A stretch of DNA of 64,000 bases, taken from positions 197,807-261,806 of the IMG/VR virus record IMGVR_UViG_3300026097_000876; one strand, given 5' to 3'. Every line of letters begins with the position of its first letter. The stretch's first letter is position 1. Of the stretch, positions 28,552 through 38,125 are shown in pieces. Made by a program: the position numbers and the translations under genes. The notes beneath the pieces are model-generated. The model saw nothing but the letters and a program-made list of their open reading frames with translations. It had not been told where the DNA came from and searched no databases.

Positions 28552-29117
28552 AAAGTAAAAAGAATAGCCTAGTTAAATGTGAGCATTATCCAACATTATT
28601 TTATGATACGCAATCTGATACTTTTGTAAAGTATTATAGTGATCGAGCTCCTTTTGAAAAATGGTGGAGTGTTTATAGAGAGTATCAAAATTTTGAACAT
28701 AGAACTGTGCAGGTTTTAGACGTAAATTTCAAAAAGAAATACTTTGTAATGGAGTCAATAAAAGGTATTAATCTTGAGCACGAGATGATTAAACTAGATT
28801 TTGAGGATACAAAGAAAGTTCTGACACAGACTTTAGAAATTTTTAGTAATAAATTTAGTTTTGCATGCGAAGCTATGCATGACACAGAGATATTTTTCCA
28901 TAAAGACTTTCGAACTGAAAATCTCATGTTTGACGAAAATAAAAATGTGAGACTAGTAGACCCTGATAGTTTCAGTGTTTTGCCACTTGATAGAATGAAT
29001 AATTTATTGTTTTTTGGAAGGTACATGGATACTCTTACATCCATTCGAGAACGCCTTAGTTTTGCAGAGCTTACCGAAGAGCAAAAATATCGATTAGGAA
29101 GAGGATATTTATACTAA
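28548..29117 (+). CDS. Protein kinase-like/APH-fold kinase
   Basis: Catalytic loop HKDFRTEN and LVDPD; ATG at 28548 gives an ATGA overlap. Confidence 0.6.
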   Translation: MKSKKNSLVKCEHYPTLFYDTQSDTFVKYYSDRAPFEKWWSVYREYQNFEHRTVQVLDVNFKKKYFVMESIKGINLEHEMIKLDFEDTKKVLTQTLEIFSNKFSFACEAMHDTEIFFHKDFRTENLMFDENKNVRLVDPDSFSVLPLDRMNNLLFFGRYMDTLTSIRERLSFAELTEEQKYRLGRGYLY

Positions 29118-30190
29118 TGATTTCTTATGACGGCTGGGATAAGGAGTATCAAGAAAATCGAGAAGAATACTTGGAAGTGTTTGATCGTTTTATGAGTCAA
29201 ATGAATTACGAAAATAATGAAGACTGGGAGCGTAGTTTTGCAGAACGTGTAGGTCGTAAACATTGTGTTAGTGTTGCTAGTGCCACAGATGCACTACACT
29301 TTACGCTATTAGCACACGGTATTGGTACAGACGACGAAGTACTAGTAACAGACTTTAGTTGGATTAGTAGTTCAGCTTGCGTAAGTATGGTAGGTGCCAC
29401 TCCAGTATTTTGCGACATTGACTTAGATACATATCATATGAGCTTAGACAGCATACAGCGCATGTACAGCAGTAAGACTAAGGCAATTGTATATGTACAC
29501 CTATTTGGTAACATGACTGACACAAGCGCAATACAAGCGTTCTGTGCAGAAAAAAATATACTGTTTATCGAAGATGCTGCACAGAGTTTAGGTAGTAGTC
29601 TCAACGGTGTTAGAGCAGGCACTATTGGCGATTGCAGTGTGTACAGTTTTAACTCAAACAAAGTTATTGCAGGCATCAACGGCGGCGGCGTTGTGTTAAC
29701 CGACAACGAAGATATTGCAAAACGTGTAAAGCAGATTCGCAGACACGGCAAAGACAAAACATTCGACACGCTAGGCTACAACAGTCGCATGTATGTGCTT
29801 AATGCAGAAATTATTAATCTGCGATTACAACGTGCAGAAGAAAATCAATCAAAGCGTCAAGATATTGCAAAACGTTACAACGAAGCATTTGCAGAGTTGT
29901 CTGTAGTAACACAAGCAATGTCAAACGGATTAAATCACAACTATCACAAATACGTAGTAAGATTCAAAGACAAGGACACTAGAAAGCGTGTTAAAGACGC
30001 CTTAAATGCTAGTATACACTACGAGACTCCGTTGAGTGCTAACGGTATGTACGACACACTACAGTGCAGGAGAGACGCTTGTACAGCGTCTGTGACGGCA
30101 TCTAATACTGTTTTATCGTTGCCGATACACGCTTGGTTAACTGAGGATGAAATAAGTAATATTATCAAACTAGTTAAGGATAACATATGA
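29117..30190 (+). CDS. DegT/DnrJ/EryC1/StrS PLP-dependent sugar aminotransferase
   Basis: SATDALH; GATPVFCDID; IEDAAQS; SFNSNK (PLP lysine); GYNSRM; LSLPIH. Confidence 0.9.
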   Translation: MISYDGWDKEYQENREEYLEVFDRFMSQMNYENNEDWERSFAERVGRKHCVSVASATDALHFTLLAHGIGTDDEVLVTDFSWISSSACVSMVGATPVFCDIDLDTYHMSLDSIQRMYSSKTKAIVYVHLFGNMTDTSAIQAFCAEKNILFIEDAAQSLGSSLNGVRAGTIGDCSVYSFNSNKVIAGINGGGVVLTDNEDIAKRVKQIRRHGKDKTFDTLGYNSRMYVLNAEIINLRLQRAEENQSKRQDIAKRYNEAFAELSVVTQAMSNGLNHNYHKYVVRFKDKDTRKRVKDALNASIHYETPLSANGMYDTLQCRRDACTASVTASNTVLSLPIHAWLTEDEISNIIKLVKDNI

Positions 30191-30906
30191 TAGAAGAATT
30201 ATTTGGTAAAAGAAAACATGTTGTACATTATGATACAGAAATTATTCCTACACGATCCGAAGTAGAAGAAATACTAAGAGTAGGGTATTCTCTAGCAACA
30301 TCCAAACAGAAGGCTTATGCCTATAAGTTTTGGATATTAGGACCAAATAAAGAACGCAGTCACATGTTATGGGAAATGGCTGAAGGTAGGAAAATTGATG
30401 TGGATTACGAAGCATACGGTACTACTACAAAAGATAAAAAATATGTTGCTAATCCCGCTTTGTTCCATCTAAAAAGTTCTCCGTGGACTTTTTTGGTTAC
30501 TCCGAGAACTTCGTCCCCTAATCCGCATTTTAAGTATGCATTTGAAACTGCTGGCAGTAAATGGCAGTTAGAAGACAGGGACTTTGTTAATACAAAAAAC
30601 AGAGAATCAAATGCCATAGATGTAGGAATGGTGGCAAAAACAATCAGCGGAGCCGCATTTGAAAAAGGTTGGGATGTATCATACAATATCTGTTTTGAAA
30701 ACGACAAAACAAAATGGCCAAAGTGTCTTCCATTCATTAGTGACCATGCTACAGGTTTTAGGCCTGTAATGATGATGACCTTAGGAAAAGGAAAAAAATA
30801 TTATTATGAAAGATTGATTAGTGACGGCACAATCGCAAATGATCCTAAATATAATGCAGATCCTCCTTTTGAAACTATTTTCGAATTTTTTGACGAGAAC
30901 AAATGA
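30187..30906 (+). CDS. Nitroreductase-fold protein 1
   Basis: KRKHV..YD; ATSKQKAYAYKFWILGP; IDVGM; MMMTLGK. Confidence 0.6.
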   Translation: MIEELFGKRKHVVHYDTEIIPTRSEVEEILRVGYSLATSKQKAYAYKFWILGPNKERSHMLWEMAEGRKIDVDYEAYGTTTKDKKYVANPALFHLKSSPWTFLVTPRTSSPNPHFKYAFETAGSKWQLEDRDFVNTKNRESNAIDVGMVAKTISGAAFEKGWDVSYNICFENDKTKWPKCLPFISDHATGFRPVMMMTLGKGKKYYYERLISDGTIANDPKYNADPPFETIFEFFDENK

Positions 30907-31592
30907 TGGAAAATTATAAGTATGTTTTAGAGTATGATAATTCTGCATTTATTGATCCTACTCATATTGATAATGCATTAGAATATGCTTGGAAGGTAAC
31001 TCCGTCAAAACAAAATTTTATGCCTTATAAGGTGCATGTTCTCTCACCCGAAGCTGAAGGGCATAAACAAATTTTATACAACAAAGCACTCATTCAACAA
31101 GCGCGAGGATCAGGAATTAAGATAAAAAATTCTAAAGCCTTGCAAAAATATGATCAGCGATTAAAGAATGATGACATGCAACCTTTTTTTCGTAATTTAA
31201 AAACAGCTCCGTATGTTTTTATATTTGCACAGCGGGTTGAAGACGAACCTAATCCATTCCAGCAACATAATATCAATTATGGATTAACATATTGTCAAAC
31301 AGAGAATAGCGACCCCGGACATGCACACGGTAAAGATATTGCAAGAATTGAAATAGGCATGTTCAGTGCAAATCTTGCATCGCATTTGTTAACTAATAAG
31401 ATAGATGTTTCTTTTACACAGTGTTTTCCTGGTGAGCTTGACACTTGGACTGAAAAAGAATTTAAATTTTTAAAAGATGACGTTCTTTTAATTATGACGG
31501 CAGGCAAAGGCAAAATATATAGAAGAGATCTTAAATCACAAGAAAAAGATCTAAAACCAAATTTTAAAAGAATAGTAAACAAGGAAGTATAA
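30903..31592 (+). CDS. Nitroreductase-fold protein 2
   Basis: AWKVTPSKQNFMPYKVHV; IEIGMF; LIMTAGK. Confidence 0.7.
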   Translation: MMENYKYVLEYDNSAFIDPTHIDNALEYAWKVTPSKQNFMPYKVHVLSPEAEGHKQILYNKALIQQARGSGIKIKNSKALQKYDQRLKNDDMQPFFRNLKTAPYVFIFAQRVEDEPNPFQQHNINYGLTYCQTENSDPGHAHGKDIARIEIGMFSANLASHLLTNKIDVSFTQCFPGELDTWTEKEFKFLKDDVLLIMTAGKGKIYRRDLKSQEKDLKPNFKRIVNKEV

Positions 31593-32272
31593 TGATTAAA
31601 AAGATTTTAGACAAATGGAAATATGTTCTTGCATTCGATACTGAACACAGAACAGACAAAACTGTTATTAAAGACATAATGCATACAGCTTGGCAGACAA
31701 CGCCGAGCAAAAACAGTTTCATGCCTTATAGAGTTCATGTATTTGGCCCAGGAGAAGAAAAGTCAAAAAGAATAATATATGAAACAAGTGCCGCAAAAGA
31801 GAAAAATTCAAACAGCAGAAATTCGAACCCCGATCAATGGGAAGTTAATTCAAATAAAGCAAGTTTATTAACAGCTGAATATATCCTGGTATTCACTCCG
31901 AGAGCAGAAGATAATCCTAGTCCTTGGCAAATTCATCTACACAACGGCGGGTGCTACATGGATGCATGGTACGAAGACAAATTAAAAAAATATAGGGCAA
32001 CAATTTTAGTAGAAGTTGGGTTATTTGCACAAGCAGTCTCTACATTGTGTTTAGAACAAGGTCTGCATACTAACTACATTTCATCATTTGAATCAGATTT
32101 AGAATACTGGAAAGATCTTGACTTTATAAAGCATCCACCTTGTCTAATTATGGGAATAGGTAAGGCTAAGTATTTTCGTAGAGAATGGATGAAAAAAATC
32201 GGATGGGACGAAGGTGATCATAAACCGAGCTTCAGCAGTGTAGTTAATTTCCATGGAATTGATACCGAATGA
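31592..32272 (+). CDS. Nitroreductase-fold protein 3
   Basis: AWQTTPSKNSFMPYRVHV; VEVGLF; LIMGIGK. Confidence 0.7.
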   Translation: MIKKILDKWKYVLAFDTEHRTDKTVIKDIMHTAWQTTPSKNSFMPYRVHVFGPGEEKSKRIIYETSAAKEKNSNSRNSNPDQWEVNSNKASLLTAEYILVFTPRAEDNPSPWQIHLHNGGCYMDAWYEDKLKKYRATILVEVGLFAQAVSTLCLEQGLHTNYISSFESDLEYWKDLDFIKHPPCLIMGIGKAKYFRREWMKKIGWDEGDHKPSFSSVVNFHGIDTE

Positions 32273-32907
32273 TGTCAACCGATCAAATGGAAAATAATTT
32301 TTTTAACCGAACTGAAGTAAATGTGGATATTGCATATAGATGTGCTCTTGACTGTCCGAGATGTCAACGTTGGAGGGTCTATAGAAAGCATAACAAGAAA
32401 GTTCCAGGTTATGACATGACCATGACTGAGTTTAAAAGAATTGTCTCACACTTTACTGAAGTTAGTTTTTGCGGACAGTATTCTGATCCAATTCATCATC
32501 CGAAATTTATTGATTTTCTAAAACTATGCAAGGATAAAGGTATAAAAGCATCTGTGCATAATGCATCATCTGCTAAATCAGAAGATTGGTATATTCAAGC
32601 ATTTAAAGCAAATCCCAATGCTCAATGGTTTTTTGGAATAGACGGGTTGCCTCATCAGAGCCATCAGTATAGAATTAATCAAGATGGCGTAAAACTTTAT
32701 AATATTATGCTAGAAGCAAAAAAGTATTTAAAAACAAAACCAATATGGCAGTACATCATTTTTAATTACAATGAAAATCATGTCGAAGAAGCTAAAAAAA
32801 TGGCTGACGACGACGACGTCTATTTTATGTTAGTAAGATCTTCTAGGTGGGACCGAGACGATCCATTAATGCCTACTCTTAAAGAATATAAGTTAAATAG
32901 ATTATGA
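32269..32907 (+). CDS. Radical SAM protein (core only), paralogue of 27808
   Basis: CALDCPRC; FCGQYSDP; FGIDG; WQYIIFNYNE. Confidence 0.85.
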   Translation: MMSTDQMENNFFNRTEVNVDIAYRCALDCPRCQRWRVYRKHNKKVPGYDMTMTEFKRIVSHFTEVSFCGQYSDPIHHPKFIDFLKLCKDKGIKASVHNASSAKSEDWYIQAFKANPNAQWFFGIDGLPHQSHQYRINQDGVKLYNIMLEAKKYLKTKPIWQYIIFNYNENHVEEAKKMADDDDVYFMLVRSSRWDRDDPLMPTLKEYKLNRL

Positions 32908-33239
32908 CTGTAGAATTAAAACCAAAATGTTTTGAAGATCAGCAGATGGCTGTAACTAATAGAGGTCATTTAATACCTTGTTGTTATTGCGATACTCAGC
33001 ATACTATGAATGATTTAGAATTTCAAAAACTATTGAAAGTTAGCAAAATAAGCGACTATAACAGTATAGAAGAAATTTTGAATACAAACGAATGGAAAGA
33101 GTTTTATAAAAATCTGCAACAAAATATTGGGCCTCGTGCTTGTCAGACTGTCTGTGCTAAAAATAAAAAAGACCCGTTAAATATTAAAGAAATAGAAGAC
33201 GGTCGAACAGGAAAAATTATACATACTAGAATTGCATAG
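32904..33239 (+). CDS. Stand-alone SPASM/twitch-like Fe-S protein
   Basis: RGHLIPCCYC...ACQTVC in 111 aa, directly downstream of a radical SAM gene. Confidence 0.65.
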   Translation: MTVELKPKCFEDQQMAVTNRGHLIPCCYCDTQHTMNDLEFQKLLKVSKISDYNSIEEILNTNEWKEFYKNLQQNIGPRACQTVCAKNKKDPLNIKEIEDGRTGKIIHTRIA

Positions 33240-33258
33240 CAACATATGGAAGATTAAA

Positions 33259-33930
33259 ATGTTAGAAGAGTTAATGCTGAAAAGGCAACAAGTAAGATTT
33301 TTTGATAGAGAAAACTATCCTAGCGAAAAAATAATTTACTCAATCTTAGAAAAAACTTATCAAATAGTTCCATCTAAACAAAATTTAGTGCCTTACAAAG
33401 TCCATGTGTTAGGTCCAAGCATGGAAGAACATAAAAGAGAGTTATATCTTTTATCTTCTAAACAACAGCTAGGTGACAAGTTAAATTATAACGAACTTGC
33501 CAAACGTAATAGCGGAAATACACAGTTGTTGGCTCCTTATGTTCTACTTTTTGAAAAAAGATTACCAGAACCTAACGATTTTGTAAAAAAAGAAATGCTC
33601 CTAGGACATAAATTTAATGAATGTTTGCCCGAACAACAAAGAAATCAAAGGATAGCTACAGCTATCGAGGTGGGTATGTTTACAGCAATGCTATCTGGGT
33701 TTTGTATGGAGGAAGATATTTCTCTAAGTTATATAGGATGCCTTCCTGGAAACCCAGAAACCTACAAAAATAATCCTTCTGTCAATTTTGATTTTATCGA
33801 ACAACACATTTTTTTAGGGATAGGCATAGGTTACCAAGACTATTCTATCGAAGAAAATCTTAGATTATCTCGTTTACAAAATTGTGGAGAGATAAAACCT
33901 AAAAGTGATAATGTAATTGTTAAACATTAA
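33259..33930 (+). CDS. Nitroreductase-fold protein 4
   Basis: KRQQVRFFD; PSKQNLVPYKVHVLGP; IEVGMF; GIGIG. The ATG at 33259 is preferred over the TTG at 33232. Confidence 0.7.
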   Translation: MLEELMLKRQQVRFFDRENYPSEKIIYSILEKTYQIVPSKQNLVPYKVHVLGPSMEEHKRELYLLSSKQQLGDKLNYNELAKRNSGNTQLLAPYVLLFEKRLPEPNDFVKKEMLLGHKFNECLPEQQRNQRIATAIEVGMFTAMLSGFCMEEDISLSYIGCLPGNPETYKNNPSVNFDFIEQHIFLGIGIGYQDYSIEENLRLSRLQNCGEIKPKSDNVIVKH

Positions 33931-33935
33931 TGGTG

Positions 33936-33964
33936 TTGACAATTCATATTAATTAGTGTATAAT
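33936..33964 (+). promoter_or_regulatory. Consensus sigma70 promoter TTGACA-N17-TATAAT
   Basis: -35 at 33936-33941, -10 at 33959-33964; SD AGGA before the ATG at 33993. Confidence 0.85.
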
Positions 33965-33992
33965 ATAAGAAAATAAGTATAGGAAAATAAAA

Positions 33993-34829
33993 ATGTTTCT
34001 AACCCTTGAAGATTTAAAAGGTTCAGAATATCGTACAGTAGACTTTTATATGACAAAAAGTTGTAATAAGAGTTGCCATTATTGTACTGCATGGACTCTT
34101 GAAATGCGTAATCTTGATGTTGACATGGATTTTTTGCGTACTATTTTAGAAGGTCTTGCTCCTTATAAAACACGTATTTGTTTGCTCGGCGGTGAACCTG
34201 GACTTGTTAAGAACTTAAGAGAAGTTATTGCCGAAATTAAAAAGTATCCCAATCTAGTAGTACAGGTACTTTCTAACAGTCTTATACGTAAATTTTATCC
34301 AGAAGTATTAGAAGATCCTGAGATTATTTACATCGAACATTTAGTGTTGGACTTTTACGAAGATCGAATTGAAAAGTTAGGTAACTATGATTTCTTTGAA
34401 CCTAATGATCTAAACAATTATAATCTTATAATTGAAACACCTGGATACTTTGATTACAGAGACAAACATGATTTGTCTTATCTTATGCACAAAAATACAG
34501 AATTTAAAGAATATAATTCACGCTCTCCGGATTTCTTTTCAGATCATAAAATTGTACAAGCGCCAGAAATTGAAAGACGAGTATGTGCTAAGTTTCCGCA
34601 AGTTCCTGTGTTTGATTTTGAAATACAAAAAATTAGACATTGTAGCAGGAAAGTTATTAACGGTAGCCGTCAATTTGATGTTACTAAAGAAAATATTGAA
34701 AAGATGATGAACTACGAACTTTTTGAATTCGAAAACTATTGCAAAGGTTGTATGGATATTATTCCTCCGAGGCCAGTAGCACGTAGATTAGAAATATTAG
34801 AAAAAATAGCATTAGAAGATATCACATGA
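33993..34829 (+). CDS. Radical SAM protein with C-terminal twitch-like cysteines
   Basis: CNKSCHYC; LLGGEP; C-terminal VC...HC...YCKGC. Confidence 0.85.
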   Translation: MFLTLEDLKGSEYRTVDFYMTKSCNKSCHYCTAWTLEMRNLDVDMDFLRTILEGLAPYKTRICLLGGEPGLVKNLREVIAEIKKYPNLVVQVLSNSLIRKFYPEVLEDPEIIYIEHLVLDFYEDRIEKLGNYDFFEPNDLNNYNLIIETPGYFDYRDKHDLSYLMHKNTEFKEYNSRSPDFFSDHKIVQAPEIERRVCAKFPQVPVFDFEIQKIRHCSRKVINGSRQFDVTKENIEKMMNYELFEFENYCKGCMDIIPPRPVARRLEILEKIALEDIT

Positions 34830-36289
34830 AGTTTTATGCAGTAGCCTTAAATATGCACGATCATAATACATATGACGGTGTAACACACTATCAACTAGAA
34901 AGACACACCCGTGCTAAACATAATCTAAATTATAAAAATGTTCATGATCCAGAACCGAGTAAACGTTTTTTTGATAATTTTGTAAAGACTAATGATAAAG
35001 TACTTTGCTTTACTGTTTCTAATCTAGGACAAGAATTTGTATTAGACCGGATTGAAAAAAAATTCGGAAAAGACTTTTTAAACTTCAGACCTAGCCATAT
35101 CTGGGATTGTTATCATACCGATGATTTTTATTATATCGATCATCATCAAAGTCATGCTACCTATGCTCTTCTAAGTTCAGGATTTCCGGAAAGTGACATT
35201 CTTGCTATCGACGGCAGAGGTTGGCAATTTAATTGTATTTTTGTTAACAAAGAAGGAAGAATAAAAGATCTTACAGATGAATTATCTATTGGCGGACTTT
35301 GGAATAGGCTATCGCAAGATCTTGGTTTTGGATATTTAGGCGCAGGTAAAGTAATGGGTCTTGCTGGTTACGGTAAGTATGATCATAGGGTTCACGCTAT
35401 GTTAGAAGTATATCTCACTAATGATAATAACCTTCCTAACTGGTATAAAAAAATTATCGACAGCTGCAACAAAGAAGATATTGCTTTTACTCTACAATAT
35501 GTTACAGAAGAATTAATTAAAAAATATGTATATCCTCTCAAAACTAGTGACAATTTGTGTGTAGCAGGCGGAGTAGCATATAATGGCTACATGAATGAGG
35601 AATTTACTAAACATTATAAAAACGTACATGTACCGCCTGCTGTTGGTGACGAAGGTCAGGCAATAGGTACTTACATGCATGCCGAATATGTAGTAAACGG
35701 AAATGTACACATTCCTTGTGTATACTCTGGTGTTGAACATAAGTACACACTACCAGATACATTTGAAGATTTGAATATCCCTAAACTGGCACAACAAATA
35801 GCAGATGGCAAAATAGTAGGATGGTTCCAAGGAAAGAGTGAAAGTGGTAATAGAGCACTAGGCAATCGTAGTATACTTGCAGATCCACGCAATCCCGATA
35901 TTAAAGATATTATTAACAGTAAGATTAAACTACGTGAAGACTTTAGACCGTTTGCTCCTAGCGTACTAGAAGAACATTATACAGAATATTTTGATACTAA
36001 TCAGCCATCGCCTTATATGAGCAGGATTGTAAAAGTTAAAGGTAACATCATACCGGGCGTAACTCACGTAGACAGTACAGCAAGGATTCAAACTGTTAAT
36101 AAAACACAGAATCAAAAATTTTATGATTTAATTAACGAATTTTATAAAATTACAGGAGTTCCTATGTTACTTAACACAAGTTTTAACTGTCAAGAACCTA
36201 TTGTAGAAACTCCGCACGAAGCATATGAAACTTATAACAAAACTTCTTTGGATATTCTTGTTATTAATGATAAAGTGATTGAAAAATGA
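34826..36289 (+). CDS. Carbamoyltransferase (NodU/CmcH/TobZ family)
   Basis: HHQSHA; GKVMGLAGYG; AGGVAYN; GNRALGNRSILADPR; FRPFAP; HVDSTARIQ; LLNTSFN. Confidence 0.9.
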   Translation: MKFYAVALNMHDHNTYDGVTHYQLERHTRAKHNLNYKNVHDPEPSKRFFDNFVKTNDKVLCFTVSNLGQEFVLDRIEKKFGKDFLNFRPSHIWDCYHTDDFYYIDHHQSHATYALLSSGFPESDILAIDGRGWQFNCIFVNKEGRIKDLTDELSIGGLWNRLSQDLGFGYLGAGKVMGLAGYGKYDHRVHAMLEVYLTNDNNLPNWYKKIIDSCNKEDIAFTLQYVTEELIKKYVYPLKTSDNLCVAGGVAYNGYMNEEFTKHYKNVHVPPAVGDEGQAIGTYMHAEYVVNGNVHIPCVYSGVEHKYTLPDTFEDLNIPKLAQQIADGKIVGWFQGKSESGNRALGNRSILADPRNPDIKDIINSKIKLREDFRPFAPSVLEEHYTEYFDTNQPSPYMSRIVKVKGNIIPGVTHVDSTARIQTVNKTQNQKFYDLINEFYKITGVPMLLNTSFNCQEPIVETPHEAYETYNKTSLDILVINDKVIEK

Positions 36290-36891
36290 TAGACGAAATT
36301 ATTTTTAGAAATGTACTAAAAGAAATTAAACAAAATTCAGAATATGCTGACGATATTATTGATTCATTCAGTGACAATCAGTTTATTGCTAAACGCAAAG
36401 TTTTAGAATATGCTAATAGATTAAATATACTAGATAAAGATTCAGAAGTAATTATTTTTGGATCTTGGTACGGAAGTATTTTAATTCCTGGATTAGTTGA
36501 TAAAGTAAAAAAAATTAGTTGTATTGATATTGACAAACGAGTTTTACAAACTGCAAAAAATAGATTCTTCAAAGATTATACCAATATAGATTATATTGCA
36601 GGCAACGTATTTGATTTAGATCTCAAAAGATATCACACGGCTAATCTTTTTATAAACACGTCGTGCGAACATATGCCGTCGATGAAGGAATTTTTATACT
36701 GGCCTGACCAAACCCATTTTGTCTTCACAAGTAATGATATGTTCAACATCGAAGGACACATAAATTGTGTAAACAGTTTAGATGAATTTAAAGAACAATT
36801 GCCCGAACGTGCAGAAGTATTGTATGAAGAAGAAGTAGAGGATACCAGAGGCACACGTTATATACTAGTCGGAAAAATTAACGGTATTTAA
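36286..36891 (+). CDS. Class I SAM-dependent methyltransferase
   Basis: VIIFGSWYG motif I; CIDID; INTSCEH. Confidence 0.65.
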   Translation: MIDEIIFRNVLKEIKQNSEYADDIIDSFSDNQFIAKRKVLEYANRLNILDKDSEVIIFGSWYGSILIPGLVDKVKKISCIDIDKRVLQTAKNRFFKDYTNIDYIAGNVFDLDLKRYHTANLFINTSCEHMPSMKEFLYWPDQTHFVFTSNDMFNIEGHINCVNSLDEFKEQLPERAEVLYEEEVEDTRGTRYILVGKINGI

Positions 36892-38125
36892 TTCGTATAC
36901 TTCTTGTAAACTGATCTAATTTTTGATAAATTTCTTCTACAGTTTTGCCTAGTAGAATTAATTGTCCGTTTTGATGCCCTATACTTGCATTCCAATTGTC
37001 TGGTATTACACTCTTAGAAGTTAGTGTGCTACTAAAATGATGTACACTTTCATCTGCCTCAGGCCAGTCGATACTTTCAATTGTTCCGGGTGCAAATCTA
37101 AATTGTTTTCCTAAAGAATAATTAAACTGCGTATCATGTTTTTGCGTAAAGTCTGAAATATAGTCTTTCGAATTTAGCTTAACTAATTCTCGAGTTACAT
37201 TATAACCGTATATTTTATGAAAACTTGTTGCAGTATGACTACTACCAGGACGCAAATTAGTTTCAATTACGTTAATTACATTTAAATCTTTATCGTAAAA
37301 AAATTCTGTTCGTAGAGCACCGTTTTTGATTTCGAGAACATCTGTTAGTTGTTGTAAAATTGATAGTACTTCGTCTGTTAAGAATTTTGGATCACTAGGG
37401 AACAATGCTTCTTCGTAATAGAAATAAGGTAATCTTTCTTGCTCTAATTTGCTTTTTTGATCTCTAGCATAATGTGTGTAAGGTTTAATTATACCGTCTT
37501 GTACATAACAGTTTACACCACTAAAATAATCAGCATCTGTATATTGTTGAACTAGATAATAATCATATTTCTTATCTAAATTCCATCCATTTGAACGATC
37601 TTGATCATCCATGAATGATTTTAATTCAGCTGCATTATGTATTTGTTTAATTCCGTTGCTTCCTGCCCCGTAGTTAGGTTTTACAATACAGGGATACTCC
37701 AATGTTGATAAGTCTTTAATTTCGTCATATCGATAGGACCAGTCTGGTCTAGGCAAATTTTGATTTTCTAATAATTTATGCCATGCTTCTTTACTTGCAC
37801 AGTGTGTTGCAGCAACTTCTCCAATGCCCTTAAATCCCATACGAGTGTTTACACATGCCATAGCCATGCTAGCATCGTTAGTACATGGGTGTGTAACAGT
37901 CATACTAGCGCCACTAGTTTTTGCAAGATTTACTAATGCATCGATATCCATATAACTTATAATATGAAATTCGTCTATCATGTCTTTTACTGTGTCGTAA
38001 TAGTATTTGCTAGTAATATCCATAGGATGTGTTGCTACTATTTTATATCCAAGTGCTTGTGCTTCTCGCATATAAAGATAACTATCATCAAAAACACCAA
38101 TGTGTAATGCTACTTTATCCGCCAT
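36878..38125 (-). CDS. ATP-grasp ligase (L-amino-acid-ligase-like)
   Basis: PCIVKPNYGAGSNG; LVQQY; IETNLRPG; C-terminal small domain. Confidence 0.8.
   Translation of the reverse strand: MADKVALHIGVFDDSYLYMREAQALGYKIVATHPMDITSKYYYDTVKDMIDEFHIISYMDIDALVNLAKTSGASMTVTHPCTNDASMAMACVNTRMGFKGIGEVAATHCASKEAWHKLLENQNLPRPDWSYRYDEIKDLSTLEYPCIVKPNYGAGSNGIKQIHNAAELKSFMDDQDRSNGWNLDKKYDYYLVQQYTDADYFSGVNCYVQDGIIKPYTHYARDQKSKLEQERLPYFYYEEALFPSDPKFLTDEVLSILQQLTDVLEIKNGALRTEFFYDKDLNVINVIETNLRPGSSHTATSFHKIYGYNVTRELVKLNSKDYISDFTQKHDTQFNYSLGKQFRFAPGTIESIDWPEADESVHHFSSTLTSKSVIPDNWNASIGHQNGQLILLGKTVEEIYQKLDQFTRSIRIKYR

Noticed and set aside
30187-33930. Assigning the nitroreductases as BluB for cobalamin supply
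   Set aside because: No BluB-specific residues could be verified and there are no other cobalamin genes in the window.
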